A DNA stretch of 64,000 nucleotides, from NCBI RefSeq assembly GCF_035084215.1, contig NC_090325.1, positions 134,850,001 to 134,914,000 of the forward strand, read 5' to 3'. Positions within the stretch are counted from its first letter, which is position 1; each line of letters starts with the position of its first letter. This DNA comes from Heptranchias perlo (lineage: Eukaryota). Under the pieces are notes generated by a model. The model was not told where the DNA came from. It searched no databases and saw nothing but the letters and a program-made list of their open reading frames with translations. Positions 1 to 11,965 of this stretch are shown here, piece by piece. The translations under genes were made by a program, and so were the position numbers.

Positions 1-58
1 TAAGCACTCCAAGGGCAAAGTGCACCCAACTGTATAACACTGTACCCCCATCTCTAGT

Positions 59-527
59 AAAGAAAAAAAAGAAACACTTGCATTTATACAGTGTCTTTCA
101 CAACCTCAGGATGTCCCAAAGCACTTTACAGCCTGTGAAGTACTTTTGAAGTGCAGTCACTGTTGTAATGTAGGAAACATGGCAGCCACTTGGGAACAGC
201 AAGATCCCACAAACAGCAATGCGATAATGACCATATAATCTGTTTTTAGTGATGTTGCTTGAGGGATAAATGTTGGCCAGGACACCAGTGAGAACTCCCC
301 TGCTCTTCTTCAAAATATTGTCATGGGATCTTTTACGTCCACCTGAGGGGGCAGACAGGGCCTTAAGTTTAACGCATCATCCGAAGGACGGCACCTCAAA
401 AAGTGCAGCACTCCCTCAATACTACACTGGAGTGCCAGCCTAGATTTTGTCCTCTAGTCTCTAGAGTGGGACTTGGACCCACAACCTTCTGGGTTAGAGG
501 TGAGAGTACTACCACTGAGCCACAGCT
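59..527 (-). mobile_element. tRNA-derived SINE, DeuSINE/SacSINE1-like, full length
   Basis: Reverse-complement match to 8759-9224; tRNA-like head near 527, L2-like tail ending aaatgcaagtg-(tttc)n. Confidence 0.8.
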
Positions 528-957
528 ATGCATGGTAATGGAGGAGGTTGGGATGTAGGCTGAAAGATATGATTCCTGAAGAACAACTGTGTCATGCTGT
601 TGCTTAACTAGTCTGTGGGTCAGGACTCCTAATTTGGCCAACATCCCCAGATGTTAACAAGGAGGACTTTGCAGGCTCGACTGGGCTGGAATTGCTCAGG
701 TTGTTGCCAATAGGTCCATCTGATATTTCTCTTATGTTTGTATCCTGTGGCGACTGTTTACAAATAAGTAGCTTGCTAGGTCACTTCAGAGGGCATTGGA
801 TTGCCTGGGCACAGACCCTGGAAAATTTCTCGTTAAGATATTGTGGGACTGCAGTCACATTTAGACCATGATGTGGAGATGCCGGTGATGGACTGGGGTT
901 GACAATTGTAAACAATTTTACAACACCAAGTTATAGTCCAGCAATTTTATTTTAAAT

Positions 958-994
958 TCACAAGCTTTCGGAGGCTTCCTCCTTCGTCAGGTGA
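958..994 (-). ncRNA. Minimal type I hammerhead ribozyme motif
   Basis: TCAC-CTGACGA-A-GGAGG-AAG-CCTCC-GAAA-GCTT-GTGA: CUGANGA and GAAA cores, helix II, palindromic AAGCTT helix III, helix I TCAC/GTGA. Confidence 0.75.
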
Positions 995-1020
995 ACGATG
1001 TGAAAATGAAATCCTCGAAA

Positions 1021-1176
1021 TGTTGCTTAACTAGTCTGTGGGTCAGGACTCCTAATTTGGCCAACATCCCCAGATGTTAACAAGGAGGACTTTGCAGGCT
1101 CGACTGGGCTGGAATTGCTCGGGTTGTTGCCAATAGGTCCATCTGATATTTCTCTTATGTTTGTATCCTGTGGCGA
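1021..1176 (+). repeat. 156-bp direct duplicate of 598-753 lying between the inverted arms
   Basis: Base-by-base identical except one position (ctcagg vs ctcggg). Confidence 0.95.
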
Positions 1177-1779
1177 TTTCATTTCGAGGATTTCATTTTC
1201 ACATCGTTCACCTGACAAAGGAGGAAGCCTCCGAAAGCTTGTGAATTTAAAATAAAATTGCTGGACTATAACTTGGTGTTGTAAAATTGTTTACATTTAG
1301 AACAGACTGGGTACATCCCTTCCCTGAAGGACGGTAGTGAACCTGACGGGTTTTTATGGCCAGCTTTTCTGGTGATCAGTTTTCCTGGTGCTACCCCATA
1401 AATTTAGTGAATTGACTTTCACAATTTATCATGGTAGGATTTTGAAATCGCAACCTCAGGGTTGCTTGTCTAGTACTGTAGCTACTACCCTACCCTTCTC
1501 GACCCCATACTGATAGAGCTCTGCATTTAGTTCATCCCGAATAGATGAAATCCACTAGAAACATAGAAATAATTTATTTTGAGCAGACACCTCACCAGTT
1601 CGGATTTTCCAGCAGAATACAAAGGAAACATCCTTCTAAGCCACTCTACTAACTCTGTCCCTCGAACTTCTGGGATTTCCCACCAGAAATGTTGTGGGGG
1701 TGGGGGGCAGAGAATACATGTACCTAAATATAGATGGTTGTATAGGTGTGATCAAACACTAAGCAAATGTCAGATATAC

Positions 1780-2100
1780 ATCATGGAATCTTACATCACA
1801 GAAGGAGGCCATTCAGCCTATCGTGCCTGTGCCAGCTCTTTGAAACAGCTATCTAATTAGTCCCACTCCCCAGCTCTTTTTCCATAGCCCTGCAAATTTT
1901 TCCTTTTCAAGTATATATCCAATGCCCTTTTGAAATTATTATTGAATCTGCTTCCACCACCCTTTCAGGCAGTGCATTCCAGATCATAACAACTCACTGT
2001 ATAAAAAAATTCTCCTCATCTCCCCTCTGGTTCTTTTGCCAATTATTTTAAATCTGTGTCTTCTGGTTACCGACCCTCCTGCCAGTGGAAACAGTGGAAA
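1780..2100 (-). mobile_element. CR1 LINE 3' end, 5'-truncated
   Basis: SVTRRHRFKIIGKRTRGEMRRIF C-terminal ORF2 motif and CR1 3'UTR similar to 44120-44410. Confidence 0.85.
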
Positions 2101-3358
2101 CATAATAATTTCTGTCAGTTGCACCCTAGCAACACTTAACATGAGGACTATCTCTGTATGCATCTTGTGTAAAGCTTTGCTACATGCTGTGGAGGGAGCA
2201 TTTACAAACGAAGGGGCTGGAAAGCCTATGCAACCGATCATGGGCCAAGGTGCCTGTTTTAAAAAAAAGTTACAAACATTTTTAATCTCAGCCAAGCCTA
2301 GCAGGGCGCATTACATGGCAGCAAGCCTCTGAGGCCACCCTCACCCCACTTCCCCACTCCCAACTCCCCTCCCCCACATCCACTTCAGGCACAGTCCCCA
2401 GCAGAGGCAAGGGAGCCTGAGAAAATTAATCAAATGACTCTTACACTGGAAAAACAATTGGGGTCAGGGGTGCATCCTTGTGATATGTCCTGCCCCTTCT
2501 CACTTCTGCCAGTGTAATGCCCAAGTGGAAAATCTAGGCTAGTGTATTTATAATCACAAAAACAAGAGCCGGATCACATGGTTTTCAATTTATTTACTTT
2601 TGGTTTTCAATTTATTGGTTTCCTGTGTAGACTATAAACAATTATTACATTTCTTATTTTTATTCTGGAGTTCAGTTCAGAGCCGTTTTACTTTTGCCAT
2701 AACCGTTATTAGTGAACATAAGGGTACCGAGAGTACTAATGCAAACGTAGACTCTATCCCCTGCTCTTCTCCTCCAACCCCAATCTATTCCTTCTAGTTG
2801 GTAGGACTCAGATACACATTGACTTACAAACTCTACATCCTTGATAATTAAATCTCTTTGCACGCTTGGTTTTAAAATTGTTTATAATTAAAATGCATAT
2901 GAAATACTTGCTTTTTAACACAGCTTTAACCTGTCCAGGAAGTTCTGCTAGGCAAAAATAAAAAAATCACCAACAAAATTAAAAATTAATTAATTTTGAT
3001 AAGTTCACTGAGTTCTATGTGTGTTGCAAAGCTGCCTGTTAATTGGTGTGTTCTGTTCAATGATCCTCTGGTGGTTCCAGTGACAGTTTCTTTGGCACTC
3101 AGCCACAGTGATGCAATGGAGCGGTGGGTTTGGCCTGAATAAGCTTGTGGTCATTGAAAGAGCAAAAATTCTGCATGTCTATTACCCTCTCCCCTCACCC
3201 TTTAAATCTGGCAATGATTAGTATAGGAACAGATAAAACAAGTGGTCATGTCTAGCCCAACACCTGACCACTGAAGAGTGTAAAAGGGCAGCAAGAGCAA
3301 CCAAATTGAAGAAGCATTCATCTAAAATTATTGAACTTGCCATATAAACTTAAAAAAA

Positions 3359-3785
3359 GGGGCTAAAATTCCTCAAAGCCTGCTCCATCATCGGAAATGT
3401 GATGGGGTTTAATTTCCAGCCTTGAGTGTGGCCCATCGATGACCTCATCTCAAATCTTGGGGAGGGGTCATTAGCATAAAAAGGGTGGGCACCCACAGGG
3501 AGTAGGAAAATCAAAGTGGCCAGTTCCGAGGGAGCCACTGGCTCCTGAAAGACAATCCAGTACATCGAGGAAGATGGCAGATTTTAAAGTTGCCACTTTC
3601 CAAATGGCAATTGATTGCTCTTGGATTGGTGGCTGTTAGGAAAACAGCATTGTGGGCCAAACTTCTGCGGGTTTCTATCATATTCGCCGCACTTTTCATG
3701 GGCAAGGAGAGATGGCAGAAGCTGGTGGGATTTTTGGTGGGGGATATCATCTTGCCAATCCCACTTCTTTCAATGATTTCAGGCT
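3359..3785. mobile_element. Probable degenerate Harbinger-type MITE
   Basis: Begins ggggctaaaattc like other MITE termini in the window; other end poorly defined. Confidence 0.35.
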
Positions 3786-4479
3786 AGAGGAGGAAGGGTG
3801 CAAGAAATAACCACCACCGCCCCCCCATCCCCAACATTAGAATTTGACAACAGGGAAAGAAAGGGGCAGACACCCAGCAGAACCAGATCTCATCTAAATT
3901 CCAGTTTCCCTGCCCAGTCACACCACCGCCCTGCCCTCTCAGGAACAGGAAAGTCGGGATAGAAAGATCAACTTTTCAAAAAGAGTAGGTTGTCACATTT
4001 CTACATTACTTTGTTTTATAAATAAGGGATTGTTCCCTTAAAATATTAAATGAATGGAGCACTTTGACATTTGAGAATCATTCGTTTCTTAACAACAACA
4101 AAATATAATGTGGTTTACAAATAACCAAAGAAAGCTTCAGAAAGTGCCCCTCAATTGAACTTTCCTTGCTTGTAAATCGTGTTAAGGTAACTTCTGTGTG
4201 CTCTGACTGCATTAACACAGTAACATTAATCTATATTTTTTTTAAATCTGTTTGGTTCAACCACAGGCATTACCATTAAATGTAATCTTTTTTCACCGCT
4301 CATTTCTTGTATATTTGACTAGTCCGGTGAATTGATATTTTTGTTTTTTTGGGAAGCAATCCAAAATCTTTCCCCAGTGGAATACTAAGTTGCAAATAAA
4401 CAGATATCCCCTGTTAGTCTGGGAAAAAAATGTAACACAACTTAATTATAAAACGTGTGTTTATAAAGTTGAAGTAAAT

Positions 4480-5435
4480 AGTGTTCAATGAACCAGACAG
4501 GCCCGAAAGGTTCCAAATTCAATTCTTGCTCTGTGCTGTTAGTCGATCTCACTAGGGACAACAGTAGGATCGCTACAATTGACCTCAGCATCTCTGGTAA
4601 GAAAGGAAAAGAACTCAGCCAGGGTTCCTACTTCTGCCTAATATCCAGTAACTCTACTAGAACCGCACATGTCAATATCAAACGGTAAAAGTTATTCCCA
4701 GTGCGATTTGTATTGTGTTGGTTATCATACTCATGTAAAATTCCTGTGTGTGTTATGTTAATCAGATTGTCAATTTGTATAAATTAAATGGGTTAACCCA
4801 CACAGGAGATTTACGCAAGCCTTTAACCAAATCATTATGTTTTTTACATACCCTTCAGTCACCTACCCCTGTAGTGTGGCCTCCCAGCTGCCAATGGCCA
4901 AATAAAGGGAAACCTCCAGAATTTCTCAGACCAGTGGTGACAAAGATTTTATTAGGGTTGGTAAACCCGCTACTGCGGTGCAAACTTTTTACACGGACAA
5001 ACTTTTATTATTATTTTCACATTGGCGTCATGATGTCACTACTCTGCACATGCACATTGGCCATAACGTCATGGTCAGCTCTACGAATGTGTGAAATGTT
5101 GGGTCACCACAGTGCAGCCAGTTTACAAGGACACCAATTGCAAAATAAGGGCATGAGAACGGCTCAGTTAGTTCGCTCCCCCAAGACCGAGGTTGCATTG
5201 TAAGAGCAGCTAAAAATCACATTGGTGTACGCTAGGAGTATGGGATAAGCCTTGACCATGACCATAGCCGCCCAACACTCAAACAGCCTGTTGATATTTA
5301 CTGGCCGGTTCACAAATGGACAATGTCCACTTGGGCGAGGTACTGAAGGAAATCCTTCACCCACGGAATCAAATGTCAACATGAATTGATGCCTTCAGGA
5401 GAAGAGGTGTAAGGGTAAAACAATTGAAGGAAAAA
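4480..5435 (+). mobile_element. LF-SINE-like element split in two (4480-4685 and 5225-5435) by ~540 bp of other sequence
   Basis: ctacaattgacctcag...cagccagggttcct in the 5' half; ccacttgggcgaggtac...ccttcaggagaagagg in the 3' half; contiguous in copy 31820-32212. Confidence 0.65.
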
Positions 5436-6179
5436 GAAAATGTAGATGTGTGACTAAAATTTCTTAATTACCCCATTGCTTTTTTTTACAGGAACTACAA
5501 AATGATTAGTGAGTACATAAAGAAAAAGTTATTTTTATCCTTTCTTTGTTCTGCTGACCGTCTGTCCAATGTAATGAACTTTCCATGTTGTACATTAAGA
5601 AATCCTGCCTGTGTGGGAACTATTTAAAGCCAAATGCTCACAACAGATCTTTTGAAATAACCAGCAACTTTTTTCCTTTCAACTTCTTTTATGTCTCTAT
5701 AATGCCAACATTTTAATCCCAATTTTTCACCAGTAGTAGTACTAATGTGGTGTGAAAGTCATAGCACAGAGCAGTTAATTCTCATTCCACCCAGTTACAC
5801 CACTTCTTTTGAGATACACCTCAGGTGGTGCTCTGACAATGGATCAACATTGCATCAGCTCCAATGTTACAACGCCATGATGGGTATTAGTGCTGCCTAT
5901 CTACTACCATGAGTTCAAATCAGACAATGTGCTAACACCTATGCATCATGAGTGATCAGGTTATATTGGCTCCACTTCTGGTTATATTGGCTCCACCTAG
6001 GAAACTTATAGCATTATTCAGACATATACAGCAGCCACAGCACACATATTACAAGACAAACTACTAGCTGTTTTTTGAGTTCCAGAGGCAGTAGGAGTGC
6101 TTGCTTGTGTGGCAAATGTATTTAATGCATCTTACTTGCATAGGCAGACCAGTATAATAAAAGCAATATCTTGCTTAAG

Positions 6180-6506
6180 GCAACTGAACTATGAAATATT
6201 GAAGAGACGGGGATTCTTAATTCTGAAAAAGAGAAGGCACTGGGGAGATATTTATCAAGTATTCAAGATTCATAAGGGAAAAGATGAATTGAGCCCTAAT
6301 AATATGTTTACGGTTGTCACAAACTCCAGAACCAGGAGACACAAGCTGAAGCTTAAAAGAGGGAAGCTGCATAAACGGTTTTGGTTTAATTACTTCACAC
6401 AGAGGGGAGTGAACACGCAGAATGATTGCCGAAGGAGGCACTGGTGGCAGATAGTGTGGAAACATTAAAGGGAGAATTGGATAGATATTAGAGGGATGGA
6501 GTGATT
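6180..6506 (+). mobile_element. Old CR1 3' fragment
   Basis: RRHWGDIYQVFKI...RTRRHKLKL...YFTQRGVN, the CR1 ORF2 C-terminal motifs. Confidence 0.75.
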
Positions 6507-6620
6507 GGGGGTAATTTCGACTTTGGGTGATAGTGTAAAACGGGTGATATAGGATCCGCCCGCCCATTATACATCTCTCCCGATTTTCATTTCATTGACT
6601 TCAAAGTCAAAATTATCCCC
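6507..6620. mobile_element. 114-bp Harbinger-type MITE
   Basis: 18-bp imperfect TIRs gggggtaatttcgacttt / aaagtcaaaattatcccc; 3-bp TSD att. Confidence 0.75.
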
Positions 6621-8247
6621 ATTGAGATGTATTATTTTTGGGATCAGCCAGATAGATTTCAGAATCTTCTCCTGTTCTTTCCCATCTTTCTATAAGTATA
6701 CTCATTGTTTCTTTTTAAAATTATGGATGTTCCCAATCATTTTGGTTATCGATACCTGGTGTATTTTTTTTTGAAACAATATTGCAACTACAGTTTTGCA
6801 TACTTGAAAGGAGCAGTACATGTTCGTGCAGCATTGGCTATGACATAATCACTTTTGCCACAAACAATCTGTCAAATTTAAATTTTAAGTTTTTTTAAAC
6901 ATCATTCCTGTGGGAATACAAACTATTTGTTGAATACATTTTTGCATTCGGAGTACCTCGTTTGTATAATTTATTCATGTACAGAGGCTGAGACTGATTT
7001 CTTCCACCACTCAATCCCTGGAACTGCCTCAATTTCAATGTTCCAAGAAATGTACATTCAGTGCCCACACCAAACCCAGAAGGAGGTGGAGCATTTAAGG
7101 AAATGGTTGTGTGTGTGTGTGAGAAACAGATCTGATTGGCTGGTTTGCAAATACACAAAATAGTTTGCCCAAGTATGTCTGAAAGTGAAATGGAACAGTT
7201 TGCTTCCTGTAAATGAGTGATTGGTCCCTGTTTTACATATATCCTCAGTCTTTCAAAAGATCCGCTATTGGAAAAAGGAACATTTTCAGTCAGATTTTCA
7301 TTTCTCAAAAATACTGGGTGGCCAACCTTGAACCTGAACCAGTTCAAAATCAGACATTTTTTCTATGCTACAAAGCCACATTTGGCATGTGTTCCGACGT
7401 CTCTAACCACTGCTGGGAAACCATTCAACTTACTGTGGGTTGGTTAAAACAACAGTAAGGAGTAAAACAAGTGACATAGCAAGGCCATGGCCATCACCAG
7501 CTTGCCAGTCTTCTGTGTCTAGCCTGGGCCCCCTCTGCAAGGTTAAAACAAGGCCTAGTCAATGTGCTTTGCCTTAGAAAGTAGCAATCAAGTTTTTTTT
7601 TTAAAGCTGTGCATGCTCCAGCATACATATGTAGTATAAATAAAGCACTTGATGGGAACCTATTGAATGTGGAATTTATCATCCTCATGAGTAGGATTTA
7701 CACAACTCATTCGTGTTTGGGAATTGTTGTGTTCTCACACTCAGGAGATAGATATTATAATTAAAGTAGTTTAATCAGTAGACAGATAAATACCCTGAAA
7801 GTATAGAGCCACTTTTGTTGCAAAGATGCACATAAATGAGATATGAATGTGCGTGGAGAATGCCACAGTTCCAGACTAGAACTGAATGTGAACTTGTTGC
7901 TTTCTCCATTTCAGTAAACTGACAAACTGTTAGTCTTGCTAAACTGAATTGTTGCTATGACAAATACAATTCCATTAAACTCAGGCCCTCAGCTTTCTTA
8001 CTTAGCCAGTAACATCATTCTTTCCAACGATTTCTGAAGAAAATGGCAGCTTTATTAAATATGTGCATTGCATCACCCTAGTACAAAGTACAGATTTTAT
8101 AGGATAGTTACACTGCACAGTTAGCTCTGCTGCAAACTGGTTTCAGTTTTGCTTTGTTGCAAAATATCGTCTAACTGCGGCTACATCGTAATAATAAAAT
8201 AATTTTTAAAAAATCAATAACTGCAGTCAAAGGTAATAACTTACTGC

Positions 8248-9322
8248 TTTTTCCCCACAATTTCCTCACCTCTTCTCATGAATGCACTGACTATTGCTGT
8301 GGTATGGTTCTACGGGCACCTGTAGTGCAGTGGTACATCATCCAACATCGTAAGTGTCGTCAGGCTATTCAATTATGGAAGGTAGCACAACCAAGCCTAA
8401 TCCTGTTCTCACCCAACGTCTATACACACATACATCTTCCAGCAGCAGTCACTGAATAACAATCATGAGCAGGAACCATGAATGATTTTCTCCCCTCCCT
8501 ACTCTTGGGCATAGAGTCTAAAGCTGCTCTTTAATTATGCTGCTAAATCAGTTTTCCATAGTCAAGTTGCAGACTTGTACTGGTCATAAAGGGGCCAGTG
8601 GGCAGTGGAAAACAGGAGCTGGGCACCCAGAATCCAAATTAAAATAGCAACCTAAAAGCAGCTCGACTGTAGCACACTGTCATCGCCCATGGGTTTTCAG
8701 GGTTTTTAATGTCTACAAATTAAACTGCTTTAATTATAATATTGATCCCCTCAGTATTAGCTGTGGCTAAGTGGTAGCACTCTTACCTCTGAGTCAGAAG
8801 GTGGTGGGTTCAAGTCCCATTCCAGAGACTTGAGCACTGAAAAGTCTAGGCTGACACTTCAGTGCCGTACTGAGGGAGTGATATGCTGTCAGAGGTGCCA
8901 TCTTTCAGATGAGATGTTAAAGCAAGGCCCCGTCTGCACTCTCAGGTGGACGTAGAAGAATCCATGGTACTATTTGAAGAAAAGCAGGGGAGTTCTCCCT
9001 CAGAAGTATCCTGGCCAATATTTATCCTTCAACCAACATCACTAAAAAACAGATTATCTGGTCATTATCCCATTGCTGTTGGTGGGATCTTGCTGTGCCC
9101 AAATTGGCTGCCGTGTTTCCTAAATTACAACAGTGACCACACTTCAAAAGTACTTCATTGGCTATAAACGCTATGGGACGTCCTGAAGTCGCGAAAGATA
9201 CTATATGCAAGTCTTTCTTTCTTTAACATTCACTTAGCACAGCCTGGCAATCAAAATGGAGATCTTCTCATCTGTGCTGCTCAGTAACCAAACTGTGCAG
9301 CGTCTTTTCCCCACTAGGCCAG
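8248..9322 (-). mobile_element. LF-SINE-like element (body 8248-8517, head ~9230-9322) interrupted by younger insertions
   Basis: Reverse-complement similarity to 31820-32212 and 53070-53445. Confidence 0.55.
8759..9224 (+). mobile_element. tRNA-derived SINE, DeuSINE/SacSINE1-like, full length
   Basis: A box tggctaagtgg (8764-8774), B box ggttcaagtcc (8807-8817), tail tgcaagt(cttt)n. Confidence 0.85.
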
Positions 9323-11462
9323 CCATTTTTTAAATTAAAGTTTAAAAAGTTTGTCTGCATAACAATTTAATATTAGTGAACAGTCAACATGACAATCCAT
9401 TCTTTACTAACATCAAAAATTTTGCTCGCTGAGTGTTTCTGAGCCAGCAGCATAACTTAGTGTTGTCAGCTCACACTGCTCTAAAAGCAGGTATCACTCT
9501 CAAACATATAAGGGCAAATTTAATGAATTTGCATTCCCAGTGCAGAGCTTCGCCGGGGAGGGTGTATATCGAGAGGTCGGACATTGAGGTAGGTGGACCC
9601 CATTGGATTTTCTATCCATGGACAGAATATAGCACTGAATTGTTAATTCAGCAGCAGGTTTCCATCTGTCCAACATGTGCATATAAAACGGAGTCCGAAG
9701 TTTAATGGAAAAATATACACAATTATTGAAGCAAATCTGATGTACATCAAAAGCCAACTAAGAATCTGAAATATCATGACAGGTGTGTTGGGTCGAATGA
9801 CTTCCTTCTGTGCTACAATCTCAACAGTTCTAATTAGTTCTAACAGCACTCTACACCGGAGAAAAAATGTGCACAAGCAAAAGTTACTGAATAACAAAAG
9901 AGATTTCACAACGGATAGTCTGAGTGAGTTAAGAATGAAAGTTCATTGGCCACCAACAGTGAATTTGTTTCTCCCCTCTCTATATACACACACTCTCGCC
10001 CCACGCAAACCACAATCACTCTAAGATCCCTTTTATCTGTACCATATGTTTCGAGTCAAGGGGAAATGAAAATTTGATGATGTTCTGTGAACTACTCTAG
10101 ATAATCAGTGAAGTAAGGCCTAATGATAGTTGAATGATAGTTTGTTGTCAGCGTGCATTTTGATAAAGTGACAAAGGACATTACTCATTTTCATTATTTT
10201 CTTTTAAGCAGCCAAGGACTATAAAGTGCACAAAAGTCAGGCAATGTGCATGTATCTTAATACCCACATTGTATTTTGGTTTCATTACCACATGGCTTGT
10301 TTTGATTTTGTTTGTGCTGTAATGCAAATATGGAAGGAGTGGTTGGAAAAATACATAAGGCTGAACATTCAGTTTAGTTTTATTGAAATAATACTCGATA
10401 ACCCTACTCCTTTGACCATTACAATGATGCTGAAAAAACATTAGGAATACAACGTGTATCGTGAAAGATTACAACTATCATCATTGTGTCAATATGCGTA
10501 AAGAACCTCGAGAAGTTTTTAACTTGATATTTGAGTAAAGGGCAGCTGTAGTTATATTTTACAAGATAGTAGTGCTCTCCAGAACTGAGACGCAATAAAT
10601 ATATACCACAATCCTTCAGCCTAAAAGACATGGAAAAAAAGAGTCATAAAGACTGCGGCCAGCTGTGCACCTTCCAATTACAGTGTTTGTTTTCATGATT
10701 CAAGTTTTATTAATTTTAATCATGCACTAAATAAAAAAAGTAAACATTTGGTTACTTTAAACACAACAAATAAACCTGCTGACACAAGATTACTTGACTA
10801 AAACGATTTTAGACCAATGCTGCTTTGTTTCGTGGAGCTGTTTTTCGAGTTATTTAAAACAAAGCTACCATTTGTTTTGCAATATATTTTGTAATACCAC
10901 ACAAATCATATCTGATATTAATAAAATAACTAAATGCAATGTTACAACATGTTATCCTATAATATCTAACCTTCAAAAATGCCAAAAAAAAATTGCTGCA
11001 TTATAATTTCAGTCCGAATGCTGGCAATTGCCTTTTCTAATGTAAGCCAACATTAACTCTAATTACCACAGTAAGTGGCTTCCGTCAGAGCAATTACTAA
11101 GCTGATTTAGGCCATGCCAAAATAATTTGTGATTTATCTTGGCCCTACCTTTTTTCCCCAAAGATTACAATGTTGCTCCTTTATTGAACAACTTCGGCCT
11201 AATTATGTCCAGAAAAAGCAACATGATCTGAAATGAAGATCGGGCCTTTTGTGCACAGTTTGGCAACTGCCAGTGTTTTAATAATGTGTTGATACTGATA
11301 TTTGAATGTGCTTGCTACAAATGCTAAGAAGATCCTAACTTGAGATCATTTTTGAGTCTTTAGTTAATTCACCAAGAAAAAAAGTGAGGCCCATCGGACT
11401 AAATTTAATACCCTTGTGCATTGGCAGTTTAATTTGTCTAGGTATTTGAATACAACAGCATA

Positions 11463-11885
11463 GGGCCTAGGCAGCTGAAGGCATGGCTGGCAATAGTGGA
11501 GCGATGAAAATCGGAATGCGCAAAAGGCCAGAATTGGAGGAACGCAGGTCCTAAGTATTGGAATTCCCTCCCTAAACCTCTCCACCTCTCTACCCATCTC
11601 TCCTCCTTTAAGACGCTCCGTAAAACCTACCTCTTTGACCAACCTGTCCTAATACCTCTTTATGTGGCTCGGTGACAAATTTTGTTTGATAACGGTCCTG
11701 TGAAGCACCTTGGGACATTTTACTACATTAAAGGCGCTATATAAATGCAAGCTGTTGTTGTTGGTTATAGGGCTGGAGGAAGTTACAGAGATAAGGTGGG
11801 GTGAAAAAATGGAGGCATTTGAAAACAAGGATGAGAATATTAAATCGAGGCATTGCCGGAAAGGGAGCCAATGTAGTCAGTGAGC
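11463..11885. mobile_element. Rearranged L2 LINE 3' region (minus 11463-11547, plus 11548-11763, minus 11764-11885)
   Basis: L2 C-terminal motifs (RFNILILVFKCLH..PPYLCNFLQPY), tail aaatgcaagc(tgt)n; compare the contiguous copy at 61572-61733. Confidence 0.7.
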
Positions 11886-11965
11886 TCAGAAATAAAAATT
11901 GGGAGAGATGTAAAACGGGATGCTGAATCACTATCACCCATTTTACACTATCGCCTAATGTCTAT

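Larger units (their letters stand above)
869..1292 (-). mobile_element. Penelope-like element 3'-end insertion with ~116-bp inverted arms (907-1022 / 1180-1295)
   Basis: Same terminus as 29499-29755 and 57276-57406; hammerhead motif in each arm; imperfect TSD acatttagacca (857-868) / acatttagaaca (1293-1304). Confidence 0.8.
530..1493 (-). mobile_element. 5' end of a second non-LTR family ('family B'): 5' region plus N-terminus of AP endonuclease, interrupted by a Penelope-type insertion
   Basis: ORF 396..644 gives LVKQQHDTVVLQESYLS (APE first motif); 541-610 reverse-complement aligns with 61731-61800 at the start of the family B copy. Confidence 0.7.

Noticed and set aside
5959-5996. 17-bp tandem duplication ggttatattggctccac
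   Set aside because: Only two units with a 4-bp spacer; ordinary slippage, not an array.
6895-7347. 150-aa minus-strand ORF
   Set aside because: No recognisable domain, crosses a (gt)n repeat, no convincing splice sites.
8759-8830. tRNA gene
   Set aside because: A/B boxes belong to a SINE head that continues into SINE body and tail.
9433-10024. Overlapping ORFs in unique-looking sequence
   Set aside because: No similarity to downstream NUBPL exons or any protein I recognise; may be non-coding conserved DNA, but this cannot be shown from sequence alone.
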